From contig CAXXLX010000001.1 in NCBI GenBank assembly GCA_963665235.2, positions 1,152,001-1,216,000 of the forward strand: a DNA stretch of 64,000 nt. The letters run 5' to 3'. The stretch comes from Candidatus Poribacteria bacterium. GTDB lineage: Bacteria > Poribacteria > WGA-4E > WGA-3G. Shown piece by piece: positions 21,546 through 31,956 of the stretch (within the stretch, counting starts at the first letter, position 1; each line of letters starts with the position of its first letter). A model generated the notes under the pieces. That model saw nothing but the letters and a program-made list of their open reading frames with translations, was not told the DNA's origin and ran no database searches. Position numbers and translations under genes: made by a program.

Positions 21546-24500
21546 ATGCGATTGTCAAATAAATCGACATTTTTCCTAGTATGTTTAGTTTTACTGATGG
21601 CGTTCGGGACGGTCCCAGCCATGGCACACGACGCATCGCAAATTGGGAATCTCCGAGCGCATTCATCACACCCAGCAGACACATTGGATCTCAGGATCTG
21701 AATGATGATAACGACTTCGCAGATGTTGGTGAGGGGGCGGTTGATGCGCATGCTACGCACCCGAAAGTCAAATCGATAACGTTAAAGCCGATACCCGCAG
21801 CGGGCACAGGTGATAACGCAACACCAGCTAGGACTCTTGGGAATGTCGTGGTAGTCACCGCAGATACTGATGGGGACCCAAGTACCCCTACCACTGGTCT
21901 TGGGAACAACCAATTTATACTCATCGTTGAGTTTGACCAGAAAATAGGAACTAGTAACCAATTTGAAGCGGCTGAGTTCACAAGAAAACTATGGAACGCA
22001 ACGAAGACAAGCGAGGCAGCTCAAGGTGACTTTGAGGTTAGTTCAGTTACCGCAATGACCGGTTCCGAGACAAAGTTTGAGGTTAAAGTAACGATTGATC
22101 AGAACAGTAATGATGGCTCTGTTAACCCACTAATAAAACGACTGATGATATTCTTCCAACTGGCACAGCAGGCGATCTTCTGGAAAAATTATTCTTCCAA
22201 ATTACAGTAAACCACGATGCTGTAATTGGTAAAGAGGCCGAGGTAGTAGACACGGGGTTCGGGGAGATCTCGTACCCTGCTTCACAGAATAACAAGTCAG
22301 ACATGTATGAATTTGTGTTGGTCAAAATGCTCCCAGCAGCCCCAACCTTGACTGTTGCTCAGGCCCCTGCTGATAACGTAGCCCTCCCCGCAAGTGGTAA
22401 AGTGACATTCACGTTTACATCGACTGGGACTCTAGGGACGGACGGATTTGTAGCTGGCGACATCGACGTTACAAATGGAACGGCATCCGGTTTTGCTAAA
22501 GCCACGACACCCGCCAACACGTATACAGTAGATGTAACACCAGATGCTGAAAACGGACAGCCCAAAAGTGTTACAGTTACAGTCGCAAAAGGTGCTGTGG
22601 AAGATATCTACGGTAACAAAACTACTGTAGCTACGACTGAAACGTGGACATCACCAGACATAATCAAGCCAACGTTGGCGATTACATATACTCCTGGTGA
22701 TGATGCAGCACTTAGGACTGGAAACCTTGTAGACTTCACTTTCACGTTTAGCGAAGTACTTGGAACGGGTGATGCTGCATTTACTAAAGAGGATATCACT
22801 GTTCCTACTGGAACGGTTCTTGGTGCGCTTACCAAAACTGGCAACGCTTATGCGGCAGTAATACAGGTAACCGATCCTACAAAAGACGTGGTGGTCACGG
22901 TGGCGAAAGATGCCGTAAAAGACACATCACTGCTCGTTGGCGGGCCTAACGGACTCGCTATGGACGCGACTGCCACGAAAAAACTAGCAGTGGCACCAAC
23001 AGTGGGTATTACACATACTCCTCTTGATGGTGTGCTAGTCGGTGATACTAAGACGGTAACGTTCACTTTCACATTTAGTGAAACACTTGGATCGGGTGCT
23101 GGTGCATTTACTGAAGATGATGTCATGGTAAGTGCTGGCACGAAAGGCACGGTTACGCAAGGCACAGACGATACCGCCACAACAGATGTGGACGAGTCGC
23201 TGGTATATACCTTACCCGTGACCCTTACGGATGTATACAAAGACGTGAAGGTAGATATAGCGGCCTCCAATGTAGAAGATGCAGCGGGCAATGCATTAGC
23301 TACTGCTGCGACGGAAACGTATACTGCACCGAAACAACTGACTGTTGCTATCGCGCATACACCTGCTGATGGCACCAAGGTTGGTACGGATAAGACGGTA
23401 ACGTTTACGTTCACATTTAGTGAAGCCCTTGGAACGGGTGATGCTGCATTTGCTAAAGAGGATATCACAGTCAGTGCAAACGGCACGGCTGGCGATGTTA
23501 CACAAGGCACAGACGATTCCGACACAACAGATGTGGACGAGTCGCTGATATATACCTTACCCGTGACCCTTACGGATGTATATACAGACGTGATGGTAAG
23601 TGTTGCTACGACCGCCGTAACAGATGCAGCAGGCAATGCATTAGCTGCTGCTGCGACAGAAACGTATACTGCCCCAACAGCACCACCTGCGGATCCGGAT
23701 GGTACTATCACGCTTCAACCCGGTTATACTGTTGTTGTGAGAAATCCCAATTCTAATGCAGCAGGTGCAGAGGGTGTGGATTTTACCTTAGCTGGTACAA
23801 ATGTTACAACAGCGACGTGGGCAGGTATGCCTGATTTAGAGGCACTTTTTGATACAGATAATCCCGCGCACGGTAAGGCTCTTATTGTGAAGGCGGCTCC
23901 CGATCAAACTATCACTACAGGCTCAGTCGGTATCAATGAAATTATGTGGGCTATTGATACAAGTTATTACCCAACTCCAGCAGCTTTAAAAGCTTCACAG
24001 TGGATTGAACTTAACAATCTTAACAGCGAAGCCGTGAAGGTTCAGTTGAGCACTAATACTGACGCTACTGGTGCAATTGACTCAGTACTCAACAAAGATG
24101 GGAATAACAAATGGAAGGTGCCGGGAACAAGCGGTAACAGCGTTGATGGCACCGCAGACTTCGCCTCAATGTACCGTATTCTACCGGGCGGAAAAGCAGA
24201 TTATGCCGATGCCGATGGCGCAAGGTATAATAACCGACCGGGTAATAAGGCAGGCCACTGGAAAGCCTCAACCGGTGTTTATGGAAGGTTCCGCACAGAC
24301 AAAGGCAAGTTCTACTATTATAAAGGCTCACCGGGCAGTAAAAATTCGTCCCTCGCCGCAGCGGGTAAATCAACCGTTCCAAGTAGTCCTATTGTCATCA
24401 ACGAAGTTGGGAACCATACGAATAATATGTACGATTGGATCGAACTGAAGAATGTGTCTGGCGCTGAGGTAAACCTACGAAATTACATGATTTCGATAGT

Positions 24501-26265
24501 GAGAGCGAAGGACAGCGATGTACCGTTGATTCAGTTTGATAACAATGATAACGCGAAGGTTGGTGCTGGCAAACTGATCCTCCTAGTTGCTAGCGATCCG
24601 GCAGACAATGGCAATCAGAACCATCCGATTGCTCCCGGACGCAATGTCGATACAGGCACAGTCCAACGAGGGGGTACCGCTAATAGCCCAGTTCAGTATA
24701 AGGTTTTTAGTGGCGGGGCCCGTGGCACGCTGACTTTACCTAATGATGACGGCGGTAAATTTGTCCTGATAGTGCGTAAACCTGACAACCTTGAAGGTCA
24801 CAGATCCGGCCAAGATGGTGGCAAAGGTGTTGCCGAAACAGGTAATGCAGATCTTGACAAAATCGTGGATATTGCTGGATATGAGGATAGCAGTGTAGCG
24901 AAATCCGCTTATCCGAATCCAGCGTCAAGCACTAACCTCTGGCCGTTGTATCAATTTAATGCACCAAAGTTTTCTAATAATGCGTTTGTAGCAGGCACAG
25001 TTCATCAACGGAATCGTGTGGGCACAAACAAAGGTGCCAGTGGTGCGGGTGCTGATGATGATAACAACGGCAAATCCGCTTTCGGTGATATCGGTTTCAC
25101 CGGTATCGGGTATAAGCGTATGGCTGCTCAGACTGCGGCAAACGGGGGTACCCCCGGTTATGATAAGGACGCGCTGAAGTCAAACGGGAACGATGTCATA
25201 GTACCTGTTTATATCAGCGAAATTATGTATGCCGATCATAAAGGCACACTGCCACAGTGGATTGAACTTCGGAATAGTTCTAAGACGCATGGTGCTAATC
25301 TACACGACTGGCAACTTATTATCACTAACCACGCAGATAGTATGATGCACGAGGATGATGGTTGGGCAGGTAAAGCGTCGGCAACTATCTGGCTACGCAA
25401 CCTGAAGATAAAACCGAATTCTGCTGTGTTGATTACCACGCGCAAAGGGCCTCGGTCTGATGTTTACCTTCCGGACGCTGATATTTTCGTCCTCTGGCCA
25501 ACACATAAGGATGCTTTCGGTATGAAAACTGCTGGTGATGATGTTCTGAATCCTTACGGGTTCAAGATAGTCTTACGGGCGAAAGCTGGCAACGCTTGGC
25601 AGCCAGTTGACATGGTCAGCAATCTTTCGACTGAAACAGCCGACAACCGTACCAATCCCAATCCAGAGCGTTTCGATAAGCCGCGTTGGGCATGGCCGAC
25701 TGCTGTTGAGGATAGTGTCAGGAGTTCCGTTGTGCGCGTGAACAACGCGCGTTCTAATAGTAATGTTTTGACTAAAGCCTCTGACGGTTCAAAACAGGGG
25801 GCGTGGATCCTATCCGGCGACCATAAGAAGCATGAGTTAACAGATGTTACCTATTATGGTCACAAAGATGATATTAGCACGCCAGGTCAAACGTACGGTC
25901 AACCCCTCCCTGTTGAATTGTCCTCCTTCCGTCCTACCCTGGAAGACGGTAAGGTCGTCGTTCGTTGGACAACTGAATCTGAACTAGACAACGCAGGCTT
26001 TAACATTTACCGTAGCGAAACACGCGATGGTGAATTTAAGCAGATCAACGCGCAGCTCATTCAGGGTGCAGGCACCACAGGTGAACGTAACACCTACGAA
26101 TGGGTGGATACGACTGCGAAACCGGATGTTGTTTACTACTACCAGATTGAAGATGTATCTTTCGCCGGCGAGCGTCAAACCCTCGCCACGAACCGCTTGA
26201 GAGGCTATGTCTCCGCAGAGAACAAACTCACCACGCGGTGGGGCGAATTGAAATCACAAGATTAA
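21546..26265 (+). CDS. Giant secreted/surface protein with Ig-like (Big) repeats and lamin-tail domains; two frameshifts in the 5' part
   Basis: RBS GAGGAG, signal peptide MRLSNKSTFFLVCLVLLMAFGTVPAMA; repeated FTFTFSE..D..GN units; INE..WIEL motifs; LPVELSSF...KLTTRWGELK tail; main intact ORF 22303-26265. Confidence 0.8.
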
Positions 26266-26289
26266 CTCAGGGATAATCTAACTAACCCA

Positions 26290-26333
26290 AAGAACGGGCG
26301 ACGGACTTCGGTTCGAAGCCCGTTCTTTCTTTT
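26290..26333 (+). terminator. Rho-independent terminator
   Basis: AAGAACGGGC...GCCCGTTCTT followed by T-rich sequence. Confidence 0.75.
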
Positions 26334-26424
26334 ATAGATAACCATTTTCCAAAAACAGCATAGTCCCAGTATTCGGGGTGAAACTCCGCTCTTAAGGACG
26401 ATATATTTATAGAGAGGAAAAATT

Positions 26425-26898
26425 ATGCCTAACACCTACACCCAACTTTACATACACATTATCTTCGCTGTAAAAAGCAGACAACCCCTCATTTCAAAAC
26501 AACATAAAGCAGAACTAGAACAGTATATAACAGGTATCATCAGAAACAAAGGGCAGAAACTTATACAGATTAACGCCATGCCTAATCACATCCATATCCT
26601 AATTGGAATGACCCCAGACATTGCGGTGTCAGATTTGGTCCGGGACATAAAGGCAAATTCATCAAGATTCATAAACAAGAAAGGATGGCTGCGGGGAAGG
26701 TTTGAATGGCAGACAGGTTTTGGTGCATTCACCCATTCGCATTCTCATCTTGATACTGTAGCGAATTACATCAAAAATCAGGAAAAACATCATGCGCGGT
26801 TTACCTTCCGAGAGGAATATCTTAGGTTTCTAAAACGTTTCAATATTCCCTATGATGAGAGATATGTTTTTGAGGACGATACAACATCCGCGTCCTGA
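26425..26898 (+). CDS. tnpA: IS200/IS605-family Y1 HUH transposase, REP-associated (TnpA-REP/RAYT-like)
   Basis: HIIFAVK.R, NHIHIL (HUH), IKANSS, FEWQ.G, YIKNQ catalytic Tyr; REPs in inverted orientation on both sides. Confidence 0.92.
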   Translation: MPNTYTQLYIHIIFAVKSRQPLISKQHKAELEQYITGIIRNKGQKLIQINAMPNHIHILIGMTPDIAVSDLVRDIKANSSRFINKKGWLRGRFEWQTGFGAFTHSHSHLDTVANYIKNQEKHHARFTFREEYLRFLKRFNIPYDERYVFEDDTTSAS

Positions 26899-27712
26899 TT
26901 CTATAAACATAACGCCCCTATAGGGCTAATAGATTGACGGGTTGTTGCATTTTCTATAAATATACCGCCCCTACGGGGCTATAGACTTGTGGTTCCCTCG
27001 GGTTTTCTATAAATATACCGCCCCTACGGGGCTAATAAATCGATGGGTTGTTGCATTTTCTATAAATATACCGCCCCTACGGGGCTATAGACTTGTGGAA
27101 ATGCGTGAGCCGGGCCTTATGGCATTCACGCCCCTAATGAAGCGACCGGACATAGATTGACGGGTTGTTGCATTTTCTATAAATATACCGCCCCTACGGG
27201 GCTATAGACTTGTGGTTCCCTCGGGTTTTCTATAAATATACCGCCCCTACGGGGCTAATAAATCGATGGGTTGTTGATTTTCTATAAATATACCGCCCCT
27301 ACGGGGCTATAGACTTGTGGTTCCCTCGGGTTTTCTATAAATATATCGTCCCTACGGGACTAGGGGTTGTTGAAACATCTGCTTCTATAAATATATCGTC
27401 CCTACGGGACTAGGGGTTGTTGAAACATCTGCTTCTATAAATATATCGTCCCTACGGGACTATAGACTTGTGGTTCCCTCGGGTTTTCTATAAATATACC
27501 GCCCCTACGAGGCTATAGACTTGTGGTTCCCTCGGGTTTTCTATAAATATACCGCCCCTACGGGGCTATAGACTTGTGGAAATGCGTGAGCCGAGCCTTA
27601 TGGCATTCACGCCCCTAATGAAGCGACCGGACATAGATTGACGGGTTGTTGCATTTTCTATAAATATACCGCCCCTACGAGGCTATAGACTTGTGGTTCC
27701 ATCGGGTTTTCT
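26899..27712 (+). repeat. REP array of about 13 units with several spacer types, downstream of tnpA
   Basis: Constant CTATAAATATA(C/T)CG(C/T)CCCTACGGG(G/A)CTA separated by recurring spacers of about 23-25 bp. Confidence 0.92.
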
Positions 27713-27860
27713 TTCCCGCTATCATATTTACAAAAACTTTACACACACCTTTGTTCGACGTGATTTCCCCACGACGATTTTCCACTTTACATTTTCCTCA
27801 ATTCCCCGTATAATTAAAAAACAATTTGACAAAGAACACACAAAACGGAGAACATATTCT

Positions 27861-29258
27861 ATGGAACTTTACGAAGCTGTCAGTCCGCTGGATTTCAGAT
27901 ATTATGGCGGAGATGCTAATTTTATGAACCGTCTCCTGCCCTATGTATCCGAGGCGGGATATGTCACCTATCAGGCAAAAGTGGAGGCAGCCCTGGTACG
28001 CACCCTTGCCGCCTATGGGGTTTGCTCAGAGGCGATTGCCGATGAAGTGGAACAAGCAGTAGAACAGGTAACTGCTGAAGCGGTTTACGAAGAACAGCGA
28101 CGCATCCGGCACAATATCCGTTCGCTCGTCAATGTGATTCGGGAGAAGATCAGCCCAGAAGCCCGGCCCTATGTACATCTATTCGCCACTTCAGCCGACA
28201 TCCTGGATACCGCCACCGCCTTGCGATTCAAGGCACTGATCGAAAACGTTATTATTCCGGACCTGATTGCATTGGAAATGCAGCTTATTGCGTTAGCACG
28301 TGCCCATGCAGAGACCGTCCAGATAGGCAGAACACACGGACAACACGCCGAACCTACGACGTTTGGTTATGCTTTAGCCCTATATGTGAGTCGTCTTGGA
28401 ACGCGTATAGAGAAGATTTACGAAGCGGGCAACAATTTACGGGGACAATTTTCTGGGGCAGTCGGCGCGTTTAACGGATTGGCCCTCATTCATGACACGC
28501 CGGAGGAAATTGAAGCCGATTTTCTTGCACGGCTCGGCTTAAAACCGTCCGATACACACACGTCAACGCAATGTGTCGAACCGGAGTTTATCTCCGATGT
28601 AGCGTATCAGGTCACAGCAGCATACACCGTGCTTGCGAACTTCGCAGACGATATGCGTCACCTTTACCGGACCGAACTCGCCGAGGTGGGACGGAAGTAT
28701 AACCCGCAACTAGTCGGCTCCTCTACGATGCCGCACAAAGTGAACCCGGAGGCTTATGAGAATATCAAGAGCCTCTGGAAAGCGTTCGTGCCACGGATGC
28801 AGACAGTCTTTATGGATAGCATTTTGGAACATCAACGCGACCTAACTAACTCCGCATCCAGCCGATTTTTGACTGAGTTGTTCACAGCGTTCGATTACAG
28901 TATCTATAGACTTCGACGTGCCTTGGACGAGATGGATGTGAAGGCGGATACGATGCGCCGCAACTTGGAGATGAGCGCGGAGGACACAATTGCGGAGCCT
29001 ATCTATCTATTGATGGCATATTACGGATTTCCAGATGCTTATGACCATACCCGGAAATTGATAGCACGGGTGCATGAGACAGGAAAAAGCCTGACAACGT
29101 TATTGTGGGAGGATGAGACGTTTCGTCCATTCCTTGATAAGTTGACAGAGGCACAGCGGGAAGCCCTTCGGAATCCGACACATTATATCGGCACCGCGGT
29201 TCAGCGGACTCATGCCACGTGTGATGTGTGGGAGAAACGATTAGAAGACCTTCAATAA
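27861..29258 (+). CDS. purB: Adenylosuccinate lyase
   Basis: SPLDFRY, GRTHGQHAEPTTFG, GSSTMPHKVNP, HQRDLTNSA. Confidence 0.93.
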   Translation: MELYEAVSPLDFRYYGGDANFMNRLLPYVSEAGYVTYQAKVEAALVRTLAAYGVCSEAIADEVEQAVEQVTAEAVYEEQRRIRHNIRSLVNVIREKISPEARPYVHLFATSADILDTATALRFKALIENVIIPDLIALEMQLIALARAHAETVQIGRTHGQHAEPTTFGYALALYVSRLGTRIEKIYEAGNNLRGQFSGAVGAFNGLALIHDTPEEIEADFLARLGLKPSDTHTSTQCVEPEFISDVAYQVTAAYTVLANFADDMRHLYRTELAEVGRKYNPQLVGSSTMPHKVNPEAYENIKSLWKAFVPRMQTVFMDSILEHQRDLTNSASSRFLTELFTAFDYSIYRLRRALDEMDVKADTMRRNLEMSAEDTIAEPIYLLMAYYGFPDAYDHTRKLIARVHETGKSLTTLLWEDETFRPFLDKLTEAQREALRNPTHYIGTAVQRTHATCDVWEKRLEDLQ

Positions 29259-29362
29259 AGCAATTGGCTGTTGGCTGTTGGCGATTAGCAAGAGATGGCT
29301 CTAAGCCCTCTGACGCGCGTCAGACCGCTTATTAGAATCATAACATCTTGCCAATTTGCCTG

Positions 29363-30571
29363 CTAATTGCCCATCGCCAATTCCGCGTGAAACATCATCG
29401 GCTCCACAATCTTATAGGTTTCGATTTTCTCATCTCGAACCGTCAAGATTGCCAAGCTTTTAACGGGGTGTCGGTTCTCATCGTAATGAGAAATATATGT
29501 TGACCCTTGAAAGGCTTTCGTTGCGGCTAACGCGTCGCGAATCGCTCTCGGCTCCGTTGAATTCGCCTGCTTAATTGCATTCGCTAGGAGCAGCATCGCA
29601 TCATACCCCGATGAAGCGATACCATCAGGTGCCGTTTTAAACATAGCCATGTAGGCATCAAAAAATTGTTTTACCTCGTCACCCGGCATTTCCGGCGCGA
29701 AATTTGTTGTCTGGTAAATACCTTCCAGCGGGGTGTTATCGTCCAAGGTATTGAAAAATTTTTCCGGTTCATCCCAGGTATCTCCCCCGATAAAGGGTGT
29801 CTCAATACCGAGGTCTCTCGCTTCCTTAATGACCAAAGGCACCTCTGGTGCAAAACTGGAGAGCAAGATAACGTCAGGATTCGCTTCCTGAATCCGTTGA
29901 AGTTGTGCGGTAAACGTTGTATCGCCTCTTTGATAAACTTCATTGGCGAGAATTTGACCGCCTAATTCCTGAAAACGCGCTACAAACGCCTCAACGTGTC
30001 CCGTTGAGTAAACATCCTGCTCTTGTTGAATTGTAGCAGCTGTTTTTGCGTTCAGCTCTTCCGAATCCGCTGCAAATTCGGCTATCACTTTCCCTTGAAA
30101 AGCATTTGTGATAACAGACAGAAACAGAAAATCTCCCGCCGCGTTAGCGAGTGTACCAGCGGAACCGAGGATTGTGGGCCGTTGAAGCTCCTGGATAGTC
30201 GGTCCCGCTTGGTCAGCAATCGTTGAGAAAATTGGTCCCAGCAGCGCAACAACTCCCTCATCTTCAACCAACGTTGTAGCAAGCGCGACAGTTTTATCGA
30301 CATCCGGAAATGTGTCAGGGGCAGTCTGATTGTCTCTCTGGATAAATTCAACTTGCATACCGAGGACACCCCCATCAGCATTGATTACCTTCCTCGCCAA
30401 ATCCGCGCCTCTTCCGAAAGTTACGTAATGGTCCGACGGTTGAATCAAACCAATTTTAAGCACCTGCGGCGTAGTTGGATCCGTGGGTGGCGTTACCATG
30501 TCGCTCATCCGTTGACATCCAGAAAGTGAAAGAAATACACAAAGGACCAGGCTAAAAACTTTTACATTCAT
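29363..30571 (-). CDS. Lipoprotein, branched-chain amino acid ABC substrate-binding (LivJ/LivK-like)
   Basis: Lipobox LSGC; LKIG, ALLGP.FS, GGDTWD, YDA..LL..AI. Confidence 0.85.
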   Translation of the reverse strand: MNVKVFSLVLCVFLSLSGCQRMSDMVTPPTDPTTPQVLKIGLIQPSDHYVTFGRGADLARKVINADGGVLGMQVEFIQRDNQTAPDTFPDVDKTVALATTLVEDEGVVALLGPIFSTIADQAGPTIQELQRPTILGSAGTLANAAGDFLFLSVITNAFQGKVIAEFAADSEELNAKTAATIQQEQDVYSTGHVEAFVARFQELGGQILANEVYQRGDTTFTAQLQRIQEANPDVILLSSFAPEVPLVIKEARDLGIETPFIGGDTWDEPEKFFNTLDDNTPLEGIYQTTNFAPEMPGDEVKQFFDAYMAMFKTAPDGIASSGYDAMLLLANAIKQANSTEPRAIRDALAATKAFQGSTYISHYDENRHPVKSLAILTVRDEKIETYKIVEPMMFHAELAMGN

Positions 30572-30780
30572 ATAATATCTCCTTAATAATTGTGATTGTG
30601 TTTGAACCGAGTGGCATAATAGGCATTTTATCACAGCCCATTGAAAACGTCAAGCGAAAAAAGAGGGCGGGGTGTGTAAAGTTTTTGTACACCCGTTTGT
30701 AGTAGGGCGATTCATCGCCCGTCGTGTCGTATAACGTGAGTTTGAAAAATTTTCCCCTCGTATGAGCAGCGGGCTGGGTG

Positions 30781-31523
30781 CCCGAATACTGGGCGATAAG
30801 TCGGCTTCTTAGGGACGATATGTTTATAGGCATCTGGGTTTCAGCCCGCCTCTTAGTGGTTCACTCGGTAAATTCTTCTGTCTTATGAGTTTACAGATAA
30901 TAGCCAAGACGGACTACTGTGCTTGCGACGATGGCGTGTCCATATTACCATATAAACTTAGCGAGCAAACCACTTAGTCCCAGTATTCGGGCGACAAGCC
31001 CGCTCCTCAAGGACGATATCTTTATAGAAAACCGTTTCCGCCCCGATTCTTAGTCCCAGTATTCGGGCAAGCAGCCCGCTCCTCAAGGACGATATCTTTA
31101 TAGAAGCAGCAGTTTCTGCCCGCCTCTTAGTCCCAGTATTCGGGCAAACAGTTTCCCGCTCTTCAAGGACGATATCTTTATAGAAGCACAAAAACGCCCA
31201 CCCCCTCTTAGTCCCGTAGGGACGATATCTTTATAGAAGCACAAAACGCCCACCCCCTCTTATACCAAATTCATCTGATTCATCGTGTTCACGGACCGCG
31301 ATGTCGAATGCTAACGGGCAGGTTTTTGGTATGTTTACGACTTGTGCCAGTTAACGAATTGTTTTTGTTGTTTTCACAGATATTTGACATTCATATAAAG
31401 ATATCGTCCTTGAGGAGCGGGCTGCTTGCCCGAATACTGGGACTAAGAGGTCGGGGCGGAAACGACTTTCTATAAAGATATCGTCCTTGAGGAGCGGGCT
31501 GCTTGCCCGAATACTGGGACTAA
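30781..31523. repeat. Cluster of REP variants in inverted orientation; most have a hairpin of about 30 bp inserted in the REP loop
   Basis: TAGTCCC-AGTATTCGGGC(AAGCA)GCCCGCTCCTCA-AGGACGATATCTTTATAG forward at 30975-31190 and reverse at 31394-31523. Confidence 0.8.
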
Positions 31524-31624
31524 AGAAGAAATCAACCAATGATAAAAACTAACAAGACGTTATATAATTGTGAAATAATATTGGACAAATAGTTATTTAG
31601 CACAAATCGTTATGTTTATGTTTA

Positions 31625-31844
31625 TTGTCTGAATCACGGAAGGCGCGGAGAACACAGAGGGTGCGGAAAATGCGTTTGTGTTTCGGACATTTCGTTTCGC
31701 GAGAGACGGTTCGGTAACAAAGGCTCTCTTATTTCCGCGTTCTCCGCGATAATCCGCGATTCTGATAGGTATTTTTATACCCTCTGTGTTCTCTGCGATT
31801 TTCCGCGTTCTCCGCGTCCTCCGCGCCTTCCGCGATTCAGATAA
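31625..31844. mobile_element. MITE-like element with imperfect TIRs of about 35 bp and 9-bp subrepeats
   Basis: TTGTCTGAATCACGGAAGGCGCGGAG ... CTCCGCGCCTTCCGCGATTCAGATAA; related fragments at about 44184 and 58205. Confidence 0.6.
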
Positions 31845-31956
31845 CACGCGCAAAATCCTCCCTTCCATTCTTCCACCCTTCCTGCTATCATTATGACAAA
31901 AACTGGACACACTCAGAAAATATATTTATAGAAAAACGCGAACGCACAATCCTGCC

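Noticed and set aside
31259-31335. Another TACC...GGTA MITE
   Set aside because: Short inverted ends are present, but there is no matching target duplication or second copy
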